Below are positions 19,040-29,071 of a stretch of DNA of 64,000 nt, piece by piece (position 1 is the stretch's first letter; the number at the start of each line of letters is the position of its first letter). The notes under the pieces are model-generated. The model made no database searches. It saw only the letters and a list, made by a program, of their open reading frames with translations, and was not told where the DNA came from. Source of the DNA: Escherichia phage HY01; the sequence record NC_027349.1; one strand, written 5' to 3'. Made by a program: the position numbers and the translations under genes.

Positions 19040-19231
19040 TTACCCTCGCCAATCAGATTCAAAAACTTTTTTATCATTAACAAATGCTTTAACTAAAGCT
19101 TTATTAACTTCAGCAAGTTGTGAAGTGACCCATAGAATTTGATCTTTATCAGACACATCCATAGTAATTTCTTTGGTAAACATATTACCATTTTCAAACC
19201 AGCCAATAAAAACAATCTTTGCTAATTCCAT
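19040..19231 (-). CDS. dmd: Dmd-like antitoxin, assigned by position next to gene 41
   Basis: 63-aa ORF immediately downstream of gene 41 with an early promoter upstream. Confidence 0.55.
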   Translation of the reverse strand: MELAKIVFIGWFENGNMFTKEITMDVSDKDQILWVTSQLAEVNKALVKAFVNDKKVFESDWRG

Positions 19232-19289
19232 AACAATCTCCCCATTTAACCAACAAGACTACTATACCATAGTCTTGTCAGTTTGTAAA

Positions 19290-20717
19290 CTAAAATTTTA
19301 ATTCATTTGCTAAAGCATCTAACTGAGCTCGAGTGGATTCGTTTCTTTGATAGCGGTTCTGTTCAGCCTGAATCTGCTGTGAACCTGCTACTTCGTTCAC
19401 TTCAGTTGGAGTAGAATCTTGTTCAATTTCTACCCATTTCTGATTTCCTTTTTGAACACCCATCAAAAACTTATTCCATTTATTCTTATCACCATATCGT
19501 GATTTGATTTGCTTAATGAGTTGTTGTTCAGCCGCTGCTAACTCTTCAGTTTCAATGACCGCAAGCATAAAATCGGCTGTGGCTGGAAGACCGGCAGATT
19601 CTGCAATATCGCTCATGTTAACATCAGAAGAATCCCAAGCTTGTTTACCAACCTGTGCTGCAGTCCAAAGAACAGTTTCGGTTTCAACAGCTAGAGCACG
19701 CAATTCCTCTGCGATAGCTTTAACAGTTGTGTAACTATTTTCTGAATAAACTCTGATGCGGCAAGATTTACAAATACCCAGATAGTCGACAATAATGATT
19801 GTTGGAACAAAATTCTTCTTGAGCTTTAATTCATTTAAAAGGGATCGAAATGTATTAGCGTCTGCTCCACCAGTAGGATACTGTTTAACGATTAAACGAC
19901 CGAGAGTAGATTTCTCACGCCATTTTTCCATTTTTCCTTTATACTCAGCATAAGAAATATGCCCATCATCAATGTCATCAAGAGAAACATCAAGCATATT
20001 AGCGTCAATACGTTTAGCACAGACTTCTTCTGCCATTTCCATGGAAATGTAAAGAACATTATGACCGAGCTGTAAATAATCTGCTGCCAATGAACACAGA
20101 CCTAATGACTTACCAACGTTAACGCCAGCCATTAAAACGTTCAGTGTTCCAGTCTCAGCTCCGCCTTTAGTAATTTTATTTAGAATTTTGAGTTTAAATG
20201 GAACCTTACGAGCTTTATTCATATAAGATAGCCAACGTGCTTCATAGTCATCCATCCAATCATGACCAACGTAACTATCAAATGAAATTGATAATGCTTG
20301 GCGCATGATGTCAGGAATAGCACCAACATCCGGCATTTTCTTATTTCGTTTTTCTGGAGGAAGCTCAGCATTGGTTTGAATTTCAATTATTTTAGATGTG
20401 GCGTTAAACATCGCCCTTTGCTGAACATATTTTTCTGTTTCTTTTACTAACCAGCTGTGGTCTTCCGGAGAATCGGTTAGTTTTGAAATAAGTGTTTTTA
20501 CACCAGAATATTCTGTTTCAGTAAATGAACTATTTTCTAATGCAACATTTAACGCATTAATAGATGGAACGCTATGGTACTCATTAACATGAGATTTAAT
20601 TAATTTGAATGTATTTTTAGCTGGACCACTTTCAAAATATTCTGAATCCATATATGGCCAAACTTTTGAAAAATAAGCTTGATCAAATATGAGATGAGAA
20701 AGAATAATTTCTACCAC
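19290..20717 (-). CDS. 41: replicative DNA helicase (DnaB family)
   Basis: 475 aa with Walker A GVNVGKS and DnaB-like motifs. Confidence 0.93.
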   Translation of the reverse strand: MVEIILSHLIFDQAYFSKVWPYMDSEYFESGPAKNTFKLIKSHVNEYHSVPSINALNVALENSSFTETEYSGVKTLISKLTDSPEDHSWLVKETEKYVQQRAMFNATSKIIEIQTNAELPPEKRNKKMPDVGAIPDIMRQALSISFDSYVGHDWMDDYEARWLSYMNKARKVPFKLKILNKITKGGAETGTLNVLMAGVNVGKSLGLCSLAADYLQLGHNVLYISMEMAEEVCAKRIDANMLDVSLDDIDDGHISYAEYKGKMEKWREKSTLGRLIVKQYPTGGADANTFRSLLNELKLKKNFVPTIIIVDYLGICKSCRIRVYSENSYTTVKAIAEELRALAVETETVLWTAAQVGKQAWDSSDVNMSDIAESAGLPATADFMLAVIETEELAAAEQQLIKQIKSRYGDKNKWNKFLMGVQKGNQKWVEIEQDSTPTEVNEVAGSQQIQAEQNRYQRNESTRAQLDALANELKF

Positions 20718-20726
20718 ACTTACTCC

Positions 20727-21083
20727 TTAAAAGAATTTAAATTTTTTCTTTGACCTTTTATTAAATGCATCTTGTAGTTGCATTGTAATACATTTTTCTA
20801 CATGAGGAGCTAACTCAGCTTTTCTTTCTTGGTCAAGAACAGCAAAGTCCATTACGACTTTTCCATCAACCCAATCTAATTTTGTCACATACACAATGTG
20901 TGTAGAACCATCTTCTAGTTTAATGACAATCTCCTGGATAACATTTTCCATGGCAGATTTAATTATCTTAAGAGATTCATTAAAAAGACGTTCTTTTCTT
21001 TCTTCTTCCCCCTCCGAAGAGGGGGATTCGTCGATAATTTCTAAATCTAAATCATCTTTATTCATTAAATTCTTCCATATCAC
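20727..21083 (-). CDS. 40: gp40-like head assembly protein
   Basis: 118-aa ORF between uvsX and 41; contains an internal GC hairpin. Confidence 0.55.
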   Translation of the reverse strand: MIWKNLMNKDDLDLEIIDESPSSEGEEERKERLFNESLKIIKSAMENVIQEIVIKLEDGSTHIVYVTKLDWVDGKVVMDFAVLDQERKAELAPHVEKCITMQLQDAFNKRSKKKFKFF

Positions 21084-22239
21084 TTAACTGATCTAGGTCA
21101 GTTTCTAAATCAGCTGCTGATTTACTTTTACTTTCTGGAGATTTAAATTTTTCAACCTTTGAGTTAATCAATTCATCAACTTCAGCTTCAACAATTTCAT
21201 TACTATCAATAGCACCTAATTGATAAGCACGTTTAATAGCATCTCGGAATGGCTGATGCTTAAATAAAGGACCCCAGAATGTAGTGCAATTGGTATCTTT
21301 TGCACGCCAAGATTTTTCTTCGCGAATCATCTCGCCGGTTTCTTCATCAAGAAATTCACGAGCATACCAGCCATTTTTAGGTTTTACTACAAATCCTAAT
21401 TCAAGAGCCATGTCTAACAATCCAGAATAAGGATCGATACCACCGTCAAATTTAACATCAATAAAGAATTTACTTTTTTCTTTGACGGTACGAGATTTTT
21501 CTACATTTAGAACAAATTGATACCCCTGAAGATCAGAACCATCTTTAATCTGACGCTTACCGATAATGAATACAGTATCAGCCGAATACATTACGCCTGT
21601 ACCACCTGTCATCACGGTTTTACTAAACATTTCAATTGTTTCAATTGTATGGTTAACCGCAACACATGGAATGTTTTTAATACTAAAATAAGGAGTAACA
21701 ATACGGAATAATGACTTCAGTGATTTAGCACGAGTCATATCTGCCACAGATTTTTCATTCAAGGCATCTTCCGTTTCTTTCTTAGAAGCCATATTACCGA
21801 TTGAGTCGATGAATACAATAACTTTTTCACCGCGCTCAATAGCTTCAAGCTGATTCACCATATCAATTTTCAGTTGTTCAACTGACTGAATTGGCGTATG
21901 AATTACTCGTTCCGGGTCAACTCCCATGGATCGCAAATAAGCTGGAGTAATACCAAATTCGCTATCATAGAATAAACAAACCGCATCAGGATATTTGTTC
22001 AAATACGCCGCAACCATAGTCAAAGACATATTTGATTTAAAGTGTTTAGAAGGACCTGCAAAAATGGTTAAACCAGACTGCATACCACCATCAATCGCGC
22101 CAGAAATAGCGATATTAAGCATTGGGATTTTTGTACGAATTACATCCTTTTCATTAAAGAATTTAGATGTAGTCAGTTCAGCAGTCATTTTAGAAGTGGA
22201 AGCTTTAATCAAACGGGATTTTAAATCTGCAATAGACAT
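21058..22239 (-). CDS. uvsX: UvsX recombinase (RecA-like)
   Basis: 393 aa with Walker A GPSKHFKS; C-terminal half matches T4 UvsX as recalled, N-terminal part diverged. Confidence 0.93.
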   Translation of the reverse strand: MSIADLKSRLIKASTSKMTAELTTSKFFNEKDVIRTKIPMLNIAISGAIDGGMQSGLTIFAGPSKHFKSNMSLTMVAAYLNKYPDAVCLFYDSEFGITPAYLRSMGVDPERVIHTPIQSVEQLKIDMVNQLEAIERGEKVIVFIDSIGNMASKKETEDALNEKSVADMTRAKSLKSLFRIVTPYFSIKNIPCVAVNHTIETIEMFSKTVMTGGTGVMYSADTVFIIGKRQIKDGSDLQGYQFVLNVEKSRTVKEKSKFFIDVKFDGGIDPYSGLLDMALELGFVVKPKNGWYAREFLDEETGEMIREEKSWRAKDTNCTTFWGPLFKHQPFRDAIKRAYQLGAIDSNEIVEAEVDELINSKVEKFKSPESKSKSAADLETDLDQLSDMEEFNE

Positions 22240-22316
22240 TCATTTTTTCCATAGGCATCATTATATTTTCCTCACTGGTTAAAGATAGGGTAATTATAAC
22301 ACAATAAATTTAGGCA

Positions 22317-23165
22317 TTAATCAACTGCTATTGGATGAATAGCATTAAACTTATGAAACGCTTCTGATTTTTCTTTGCGCGAAACACACATGCGAAGAAC
22401 CTTTAATGGCTCGTCTTCTTCACCTAATGATTTTCGTTTTTCAATATTAGAAGTTTTCCAACGAGCTTGCTCTGGAAACTCTCTATTGATTTGCTCAAGC
22501 GCTCTATTATGTTTAGAATTACTACGAATTGAACTACATCCACCGGGGGCTTGTGCTTTTCCAGATACAACTAGATATTTGAACAAGGCCAAATGTGGAT
22601 AACCTTGATTAATTAAATTGAGAAATGCATACATATCTTCGCATAAATCAATTTTTCCATACCCAATTTGTTCTGTTGTAAGTTTTCCGAGGTCATACCA
22701 GGTATTCGTGAATCCATACGAATTTTCACGATAATTACCCCAAGATGAAGTAATTTTAAAAATAGGTAGACGAGCATGACCATGATAATACCCGCAATCC
22801 ATTGCATCTTCCACGTATTGAATCAATTCATAGAACTGTTCACGGGTTAATTGATTAATTTTATCTACGCAGCGACGATCATCTTTCTTTCGCATTGAAC
22901 TCATACGAATAGTAGTATCATCATCAATCATCCAAATTCGTTGACCTGCATACATATCAGTAATCGCTTTACGAGTTCCAGCAATTCCATTTACATCGTC
23001 GGGAATAGTTATAATTTTAGCTCTAGACCCATAAGCATCATAATAAGCTTTTTCTTCGTGTTCACGTACTACAATATGTGGTTCATAATCAGATGGAAAC
23101 ATATCAAGGGCAGAAACTGCCCCTACGCGTTGATAGCTTGGAATTACAAATTGAATCATTTCCAC
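22317..23165 (-). CDS. putative DNA-modifying glycosyltransferase occupying the T4 beta-gt locus (not T4 beta-gt)
   Basis: 282-aa ORF MEMIQFVIPSYQRVGAV... between uvsX and 42; does not match T4 beta-glucosyltransferase (351 aa) as recalled. Confidence 0.45.
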   Translation of the reverse strand: MEMIQFVIPSYQRVGAVSALDMFPSDYEPHIVVREHEEKAYYDAYGSRAKIITIPDDVNGIAGTRKAITDMYAGQRIWMIDDDTTIRMSSMRKKDDRRCVDKINQLTREQFYELIQYVEDAMDCGYYHGHARLPIFKITSSWGNYRENSYGFTNTWYDLGKLTTEQIGYGKIDLCEDMYAFLNLINQGYPHLALFKYLVVSGKAQAPGGCSSIRSNSKHNRALEQINREFPEQARWKTSNIEKRKSLGEEDEPLKVLRMCVSRKEKSEAFHKFNAIHPIAVD

Positions 23166-23896
23166 TCACCATTATAATCTTTTTTCGCAATATGAGTTTC
23201 GCCAGTTTTCCACCAATGGTCAACCAAATAAAAATGACGAGAATACACATGAAGACTTCCGACATTCCATATAATGGAACCTGCTTTATACTGACGAGTT
23301 GAATCACCTGCATTCAAATCAGATACTAATTTATCTAGTACGTATTTTTGCCATGCATAATCATTACGGAATCCGAAGACCACGTCATTTGAGCGCATGT
23401 TTACTACTGCATTGACTTTCTTATCACGAATCAGGTACTGTACTGTATTCGTACACATGAAATCTGACATACCATCTTTGTTGTAGTCAAACTGCATGGA
23501 TGGACGAGTATAAATCATGATACCACGTCGAGAATCAGGATTTTGACCAAGTTCAGCTAAACACATATCATACTGAGCATAGTTATCTTCTGACCAGATG
23601 GCCCAACCGTAATTCGAATTAATTTCGCCTTTAGAAGATGCTACCTGCTGCCAAATCTTTGGTGTTTCACCTGGAATATCTTTAACAAACAGACTTTGAG
23701 ACTTATACCATTCAAGTTCACGCTGAATGTATTCATCATTAAGAGCGCCAAAAATAAAAGGTTCATCTGCTACAAATGATGCACCAATAATTTCAATAGT
23801 TTTAACACCGGTTTTATCAATTACGAAATCTTTTTCCTTTAATGCAAGACCCAAATCAAGACGGATTTCTTCAACTGTCATATAATCGTTAATCAT
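23156..23896 (-). CDS. 42: dCMP hydroxymethylase
   Basis: 246 aa, thymidylate-synthase-like fold; size and position match T4 gp42. Confidence 0.92.
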   Translation of the reverse strand: MINDYMTVEEIRLDLGLALKEKDFVIDKTGVKTIEIIGASFVADEPFIFGALNDEYIQRELEWYKSQSLFVKDIPGETPKIWQQVASSKGEINSNYGWAIWSEDNYAQYDMCLAELGQNPDSRRGIMIYTRPSMQFDYNKDGMSDFMCTNTVQYLIRDKKVNAVVNMRSNDVVFGFRNDYAWQKYVLDKLVSDLNAGDSTRQYKAGSIIWNVGSLHVYSRHFYLVDHWWKTGETHIAKKDYNGEWK

Positions 23897-24049
23897 TTAA
23901 ACCTCAATTGATGCATTCATATTTAACTTGTAACAGTAATAAACTCCAACCTATAATAAGTGGCGGAATCATAAGAGGAACTGTTACGCTATAGTATATA
24001 CTTATTATAATCATCAAGATTAAAAGCAATACTGCTAAAATTTTGCTTT

Positions 24050-24301
24050 TCATTCCTTCTCTCTGATGATAATTACTTGATTTTGCTGTACAGATTTTTT
24101 AGTTTCACCCGCAATTGACCAAATAAATGTAATAAACCAACCAATGATTGACCAGTTAAACAGTAAAGATGTGAAAAAGATTCCTACTGTCGATTTTGAC
24201 CCACGCATCAAGGCGATGAACCATGGAAGCATGTATATAATAATAGCCAACACGCCTGAAACTAAAACCATAAAAATTGAACCTGCTACTAAAGTTTCCA
24301 T
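24050..24301 (-). CDS. imm: superinfection immunity membrane protein Imm
   Basis: 83 aa with two TM helices; size and position match T4 imm. Confidence 0.82.
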   Translation of the reverse strand: METLVAGSIFMVLVSGVLAIIIYMLPWFIALMRGSKSTVGIFFTSLLFNWSIIGWFITFIWSIAGETKKSVQQNQVIIIREKE

Positions 24302-24308
24302 GTTTTCC

Positions 24309-24689
24309 TCACTTAGTCAAATTTTTTACACATGAATTATAAGAATTTACTACATACTCCATCGGAGCATTTTTACCGGTACGCCATTGGTAATTATTAG
24401 CCCAATTAGCCCAAAGCTCAGCGCAGTAGTTTTCAATTTTTTCTTCGCGTGTAATTACATCTGAATTACGATATGCTTGAGCAGATTCATCTGGGCGAAT
24501 AGCTTCGTCAAAATTCGCCTGCATCTGTTCTACTGTCTGTTTTGGAGCTTCTTTATAACACTTAACATTAGGATTATAAAATTTGCTTGAACAGTTTACA
24601 ATTTTTCCTACATCAGATTGATTTACTACCGGTCCTTGAGCTACACAGCCAGTAAGACCTAATGCAATAACCAAAATAGCGATTTTCAT
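24309..24689 (-). CDS. imm.1: lipoprotein-like protein
   Basis: 126 aa with signal peptide and lipobox LTGC. Confidence 0.5.
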   Translation of the reverse strand: MKIAILVIALGLTGCVAQGPVVNQSDVGKIVNCSSKFYNPNVKCYKEAPKQTVEQMQANFDEAIRPDESAQAYRNSDVITREEKIENYCAELWANWANNYQWRTGKNAPMEYVVNSYNSCVKNLTK

Positions 24690-24699
24690 AACAATTTCC

Positions 24700-24957
24700 T
24701 CAAATACAAGTAGTAATTACTCCAGTAGTGCTTACACAGGTATTACCTAATTGAACACCCAACGTTCCATTAGTATTCATATGAAGATTATCATCAATTT
24801 TTGTTGATACTTTACCATTCATGTGAATAATAGTATTAGATTCAATCACATTCTGAGTGTCATTTTCAATATCAATAAATGGAACAGTTGCTAATGCAAC
24901 TAAACACGCTGCTAATGCAACTAAACACACTGCTAAACAACCATAAACAATTTTCAT
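24700..24957 (-). CDS. small secreted/lipoprotein-like protein with tandem-repeat signal region
   Basis: 85 aa from the internal ATG (MKIVYGCLAVCLVALAACLVALA...); encoded by a 21-nt tandem repeat. Confidence 0.4.
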   Translation of the reverse strand: MKIVYGCLAVCLVALAACLVALATVPFIDIENDTQNVIESNTIIHMNGKVSTKIDDNLHMNTNGTLGVQLGNTCVSTTGVITTCI

Positions 24958-24980
24958 TTCATTCTCCAAATCCGCATCAG

Positions 24981-25011
24981 TTGATAGTTGTATAGTACCA
25001 CGGAAGAACAG
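24981..25011 (-). promoter_or_regulatory. early promoter with conserved -10/leader module
   Basis: GTTTAC-18 nt-TACTATA followed by CAACTATCAAC leader shared by several promoters. Confidence 0.5.
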
Positions 25012-25109
25012 GGATGTAAACAGTTTTGCGAAAAAATTTTTAATGAATTCCAGAGGTCCAGAATCATCTATTTTTCCTAAGTATAGATTTATATTACTTG
25101 TATGAAAAA

Positions 25110-25125
25110 GGGACCCGGAGGTCCC
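25110..25125 (-). terminator. intrinsic terminator hairpin after gene 43
   Basis: GGGACC-loop-GGUCCC followed by U5. Confidence 0.65.
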
Positions 25126-25138
25126 TAGATTTATTCTA

Positions 25139-27835
25139 TCAGCCAAACAGGAAGTCTAACGAAGCTTTTTCCTCATAGTCCATACCTGCCGATTCACACA
25201 TGCCTGCAAGCGGTTTAACAAACGATTTTTGGAACAAAGTTGAGTAGTCAATCCAAGACAGTACATCAGAACGAATTTCTTTTGGAAGTTCCGTACCCGA
25301 CGGCCAAGCAATGCACTTGTCACCAAATGGATTTCCCTCACGTAATGGAAGAACCATTACCTTATTTCCATCCAAAATTGGAGCTACACCTAAACCACTA
25401 ACAGCTCGACGATAAGTTAGCACCCCACGAATGTGGAACGGGCATTTAAATCCTGGCCAACCTTTATCGTCATATTTCGCTATATCGTTCGCGGTTTTTA
25501 CTTCAGCAATAACTTTATAGTCAAGTTGACGATATTCTTTCTCAAAGTTCTTGTAGTATTCTTGTACAGACTCTTCGCCTTCCTGAAGAATACGACGAAT
25601 ACTTTCTTCGAGAGCTTCTTGTACTGCTTTTGGTGTTGAACTCTGCTGAGTTTCCATACCCATGATTTTTAGATGTGGTTCAGCAAATCGCTTATCTTCC
25701 ATATCATAAACGTTCAGAGCATAACGCTTTTTCGCTTTCCAAAATCCACCAACACCCTTTGAACCAAGTGGAGGGCAAGAAATAGCTTCACGGTCCATAT
25801 GCATCAGATGCTCGCGGTTATTCATATAATCACATAACTCACGATATGCAACATCAATCATAGGTTCCATCTTTTTCTTACCGAACTGATTCATGAATTC
25901 AACTAAATCATTTTGTTCTTTAAAGCGGTCAAGACCTACTTTTTCAATAACTTTATCTACACAAACATATACCGAATCAGTATCACCTGCTGCGATGAAA
26001 TCTTCGCCATCAGTTCCACATACTTTATTCAGATATTCATTAATTTTACGAGCAATCCACTGAATACCAACTTGACCGAAAATTGTGATAGCAGTAGCAT
26101 TTCGCAAATCATAGTAGCGGAAATGAATATTACCAAGAGCACCATAAAGACTGTTAATAAGAATTTTACGGTTCAGCTGATTTGTGTTAGCAAGTGTAGC
26201 TGCTTTTTCACATTCTTCGATCAGACTATTAAGAACAGATTCAGTGTAATTCGATAATTCGTTTAAGAAATCATCACTGAACTTAACATATCGTTCAACT
26301 TCTGGTTTAGTTGAGCAAGACCCTGCACCTTTCATAATAATCTTTTTAATAGCTTCGGCATTCATTTCTTCAGCGAACATTTTCTTTTTCCAATCTTTAC
26401 GCTGGAAAAATACTTTAGCGATTTCCTTTGGAATGATACCTTCTTGGTGCTTATCATACATCCATCCATTCGGAGAGCAAGAATATTCATCACTTGGCTT
26501 AGGAGCTGTTCCTGCGATATATTCATGAATTGGATGAACTTTAAACTGTCCACGAATAGTCTCAGGACTAATGTTAACCTGACGAATAATACTTGGATAC
26601 AGAGACGTCAAGTCAAAACTCATAATGTATCGACGAGCAATCGCTTTAGGTTCAAACACAAATGCACCTGGAAAACTTTGTTTAACGTGCGAACCTTGTT
26701 GAGGAATAACCTTGTGTTCACCTTTCAACGAGTTAAAAATAATAGCATCCCAAGTTTTAATAGGACTCATTACACCAGAAAAAGGCATTTTAGCATAATA
26801 AGACATACTTAAAACTAGATCGATAAACCCACGAATTTTATCAATTGCTTGAACTGATTCTACGTCAATGATGTTATAACTAATGTATCGTTGATGATTA
26901 GTCTCACGAAGTTTATTAATAGGACCATCATACGGTAATTTACCTTTTTTGGTTTCATGTTGAGCAACCGATTCCAAAGAGAACGATGGCAAATTAGTAA
27001 ATGCGAATTTCTTGTACAAATCTAAATAATCAAGAATAGATACGCCATCAATAGAATAAATTTCTTTGCTACCGTACATATTTTGAATTAGTTTAGATTT
27101 TACTCGACCGATTGGAGAGAAGCGTTTCATACTGCGTTCACCGAGAACCATTTTAACGCGATTCATGATATACGGAACGTCAAATCCCTCAATATTCCAA
27201 CCGGTAAAAATAGCAGGTCGTTTCTGTTCCCAGAGATTAATATATTCCATGAGCATATCACGCTCATTATCAAATGGCATATAAATTACTCGGTCAAGAA
27301 TTTCTTGAGGAACTTCATCACCACCTTCACAGTCAAGCTTAGCAGCTAACTTTGCATCCCATTTTGATACTGAACCGTACATTGAATTCAACAAATCAAA
27401 GACGTAAAAACGGTCGTCAATTGAATCATAATGAGTGATAGCATCAATTTCATATTCTGCTTTCATTGGGTCAGGAAATTTATCGCCAGTAACCTCAATG
27501 TCGCAGTTAGCTACACGAACAAATTTTCGGTCATAAACAATTTCTGAACCATATGTATCACTGATATAAGCGAGTTTAAAATCGTTCATACCGAGAGCTT
27601 CGAGACCGATGTCTTCCATTCGTTTCATCCAATCTCGTGCATCTTTCATTGATGGAAATTTTTGAGGAGCACAGTTTTTACCATAAATGTCTTTGTATTT
27701 TGACTCTTCCTTACAATGCCTAAACATAGTCGGAAGATATTCTACTTCACGAGTACGTTCCTTTCCGTTTTCATCAATGTAACGCTCAACAATGTTATTT
27801 CCGACTGTTTCGATAGAGATATAAAATTCTTTCAT
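25139..27835 (-). CDS. 43: DNA polymerase (family B)
   Basis: 898 aa with exonuclease and polymerase motifs (DIE, YGDTDS); matches T4 gp43 length. Confidence 0.96.
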   Translation of the reverse strand: MKEFYISIETVGNNIVERYIDENGKERTREVEYLPTMFRHCKEESKYKDIYGKNCAPQKFPSMKDARDWMKRMEDIGLEALGMNDFKLAYISDTYGSEIVYDRKFVRVANCDIEVTGDKFPDPMKAEYEIDAITHYDSIDDRFYVFDLLNSMYGSVSKWDAKLAAKLDCEGGDEVPQEILDRVIYMPFDNERDMLMEYINLWEQKRPAIFTGWNIEGFDVPYIMNRVKMVLGERSMKRFSPIGRVKSKLIQNMYGSKEIYSIDGVSILDYLDLYKKFAFTNLPSFSLESVAQHETKKGKLPYDGPINKLRETNHQRYISYNIIDVESVQAIDKIRGFIDLVLSMSYYAKMPFSGVMSPIKTWDAIIFNSLKGEHKVIPQQGSHVKQSFPGAFVFEPKAIARRYIMSFDLTSLYPSIIRQVNISPETIRGQFKVHPIHEYIAGTAPKPSDEYSCSPNGWMYDKHQEGIIPKEIAKVFFQRKDWKKKMFAEEMNAEAIKKIIMKGAGSCSTKPEVERYVKFSDDFLNELSNYTESVLNSLIEECEKAATLANTNQLNRKILINSLYGALGNIHFRYYDLRNATAITIFGQVGIQWIARKINEYLNKVCGTDGEDFIAAGDTDSVYVCVDKVIEKVGLDRFKEQNDLVEFMNQFGKKKMEPMIDVAYRELCDYMNNREHLMHMDREAISCPPLGSKGVGGFWKAKKRYALNVYDMEDKRFAEPHLKIMGMETQQSSTPKAVQEALEESIRRILQEGEESVQEYYKNFEKEYRQLDYKVIAEVKTANDIAKYDDKGWPGFKCPFHIRGVLTYRRAVSGLGVAPILDGNKVMVLPLREGNPFGDKCIAWPSGTELPKEIRSDVLSWIDYSTLFQKSFVKPLAGMCESAGMDYEEKASLDFLFG

Positions 27836-27913
27836 AGATATTCCTTAGTTTATAGCCCGAGTTATTAGGCTCTTGATATATTATACTCCAAATAAGGGGC
27901 CGAAGCCCCTTGC

Positions 27914-28135
27914 TTAAATTAATACCATTTGTCGGTGAAAAATTGTCAATCCATCTGCATTAATTGACTTAACCACTGCGGTAAAGTGTTTTTGTTCTGG
28001 GTGAACTAATTTTTGAAATTCTACCTGAAATTTTAATTGGAGGTTTTCTGGTAAATCAAAAAGCGTTTCTGTTGCAGAAAGATTATATTTTTCTTTAAGA
28101 GACGCCATGTATTCTTGCGGAGTTATAGCAGTCAT
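27914..28135 (-). CDS. hypothetical small protein between regA and 43
   Basis: about 73 aa from the internal ATG; followed by a UUCG hairpin. Confidence 0.35.
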   Translation of the reverse strand: MTAITPQEYMASLKEKYNLSATETLFDLPENLQLKFQVEFQKLVHPEQKHFTAVVKSINADGLTIFHRQMVLI

Positions 28136-28136
28136 A

Positions 28137-28505
28137 TTAATTACCAATCGTATATTTAGGAACGAGTTTCCACTCATGTTTTTGTTTAAAAGAAATAACT
28201 CGGAAGTTATTGGTTAAATCTTTCATAAAAGTTCTTTGACCGGGAGCAATTTCAATCAGTCCCCAATCTTCTAACAGCCATGCAATCGAATCACGACGAA
28301 TTTCATCTTCTTCTGTCATTTCAACTTGGCGACCATCCATACGAAGCATTTCTTTAAAATGGACGATATAGTATAGTCCTTTTTTCTGAAGAATGTGGCA
28401 GGACTGATACAGAACTTTATCTTTATTATTAGCAATTCCCATACGAGTCAAGGTTTCTTTTACTTTCAGAAAATCTTCAGGTTTTTTAAGAGTAATTTCA
28501 ATCAT
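28137..28505 (-). CDS. regA: translational repressor RegA
   Basis: 122 aa; size and position match T4 regA. Confidence 0.88.
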   Translation of the reverse strand: MIEITLKKPEDFLKVKETLTRMGIANNKDKVLYQSCHILQKKGLYYIVHFKEMLRMDGRQVEMTEEDEIRRDSIAWLLEDWGLIEIAPGQRTFMKDLTNNFRVISFKQKHEWKLVPKYTIGN

Positions 28506-28506
28506 T

Positions 28507-29070
28507 TTACCATTCCAATGCTAGTTTTTTGAGTTGTTTCTGTTCTTTTACGTTCTTAGTCACTTCTTTCAAAAAATCATCCGTGACTAAACCTTTTAGT
28601 TCTTTTAATACTAAAGGAAGTTTTCCATTTTTAGTAAGAATTGATTTATAGTTAATTGCATCATTTGTATTAACTTGATACCGCTTAGCAAGTAACTTAA
28701 TAATCAATACTTCAGTAGAATCTTCAACCAGTTTTGCCCATTTACCATATCTTTTACCACGAGGAACAGCAGCCATTAGATAATTAAAATGGGCTTCATC
28801 ACTTAAACCTGATCCAATTAAATTCATAGCATATATAGCTGGCATGCACTCCGGAAATTGTGATAATGCATTCTCAACCATGTATTTTGAATAATCTTTT
28901 TGAGCAATAGAGCATTTAGTTTTATTATTGATCGCTCCAATTATTTCAAAAAATTCATTTTCAGCTTTTTCCTTAAAAGAATCAGCAGCAGATTGGACAG
29001 CTGTCCAATCTTTTGAATACCAAGCAACTTGATGCTCGTTTAATTGAATATCATCTTCAAATAAGCTCAT
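28507..29070 (-). CDS. 62: clamp loader small subunit
   Basis: 187 aa upstream partner of gp44. Confidence 0.88.
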   Translation of the reverse strand: MSLFEDDIQLNEHQVAWYSKDWTAVQSAADSFKEKAENEFFEIIGAINNKTKCSIAQKDYSKYMVENALSQFPECMPAIYAMNLIGSGLSDEAHFNYLMAAVPRGKRYGKWAKLVEDSTEVLIIKLLAKRYQVNTNDAINYKSILTKNGKLPLVLKELKGLVTDDFLKEVTKNVKEQKQLKKLALEW

Positions 29071-29071
29071 A

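Noticed and set aside
25156-26812. ORFs within and antisense to DNA polymerase gene 43 (25156-25341, 25433-25639, 25913-26257, 26362-26553, 26444-26812)
   Set aside because: Nested within the 898-aa polymerase ORF; no motifs or expression signals.
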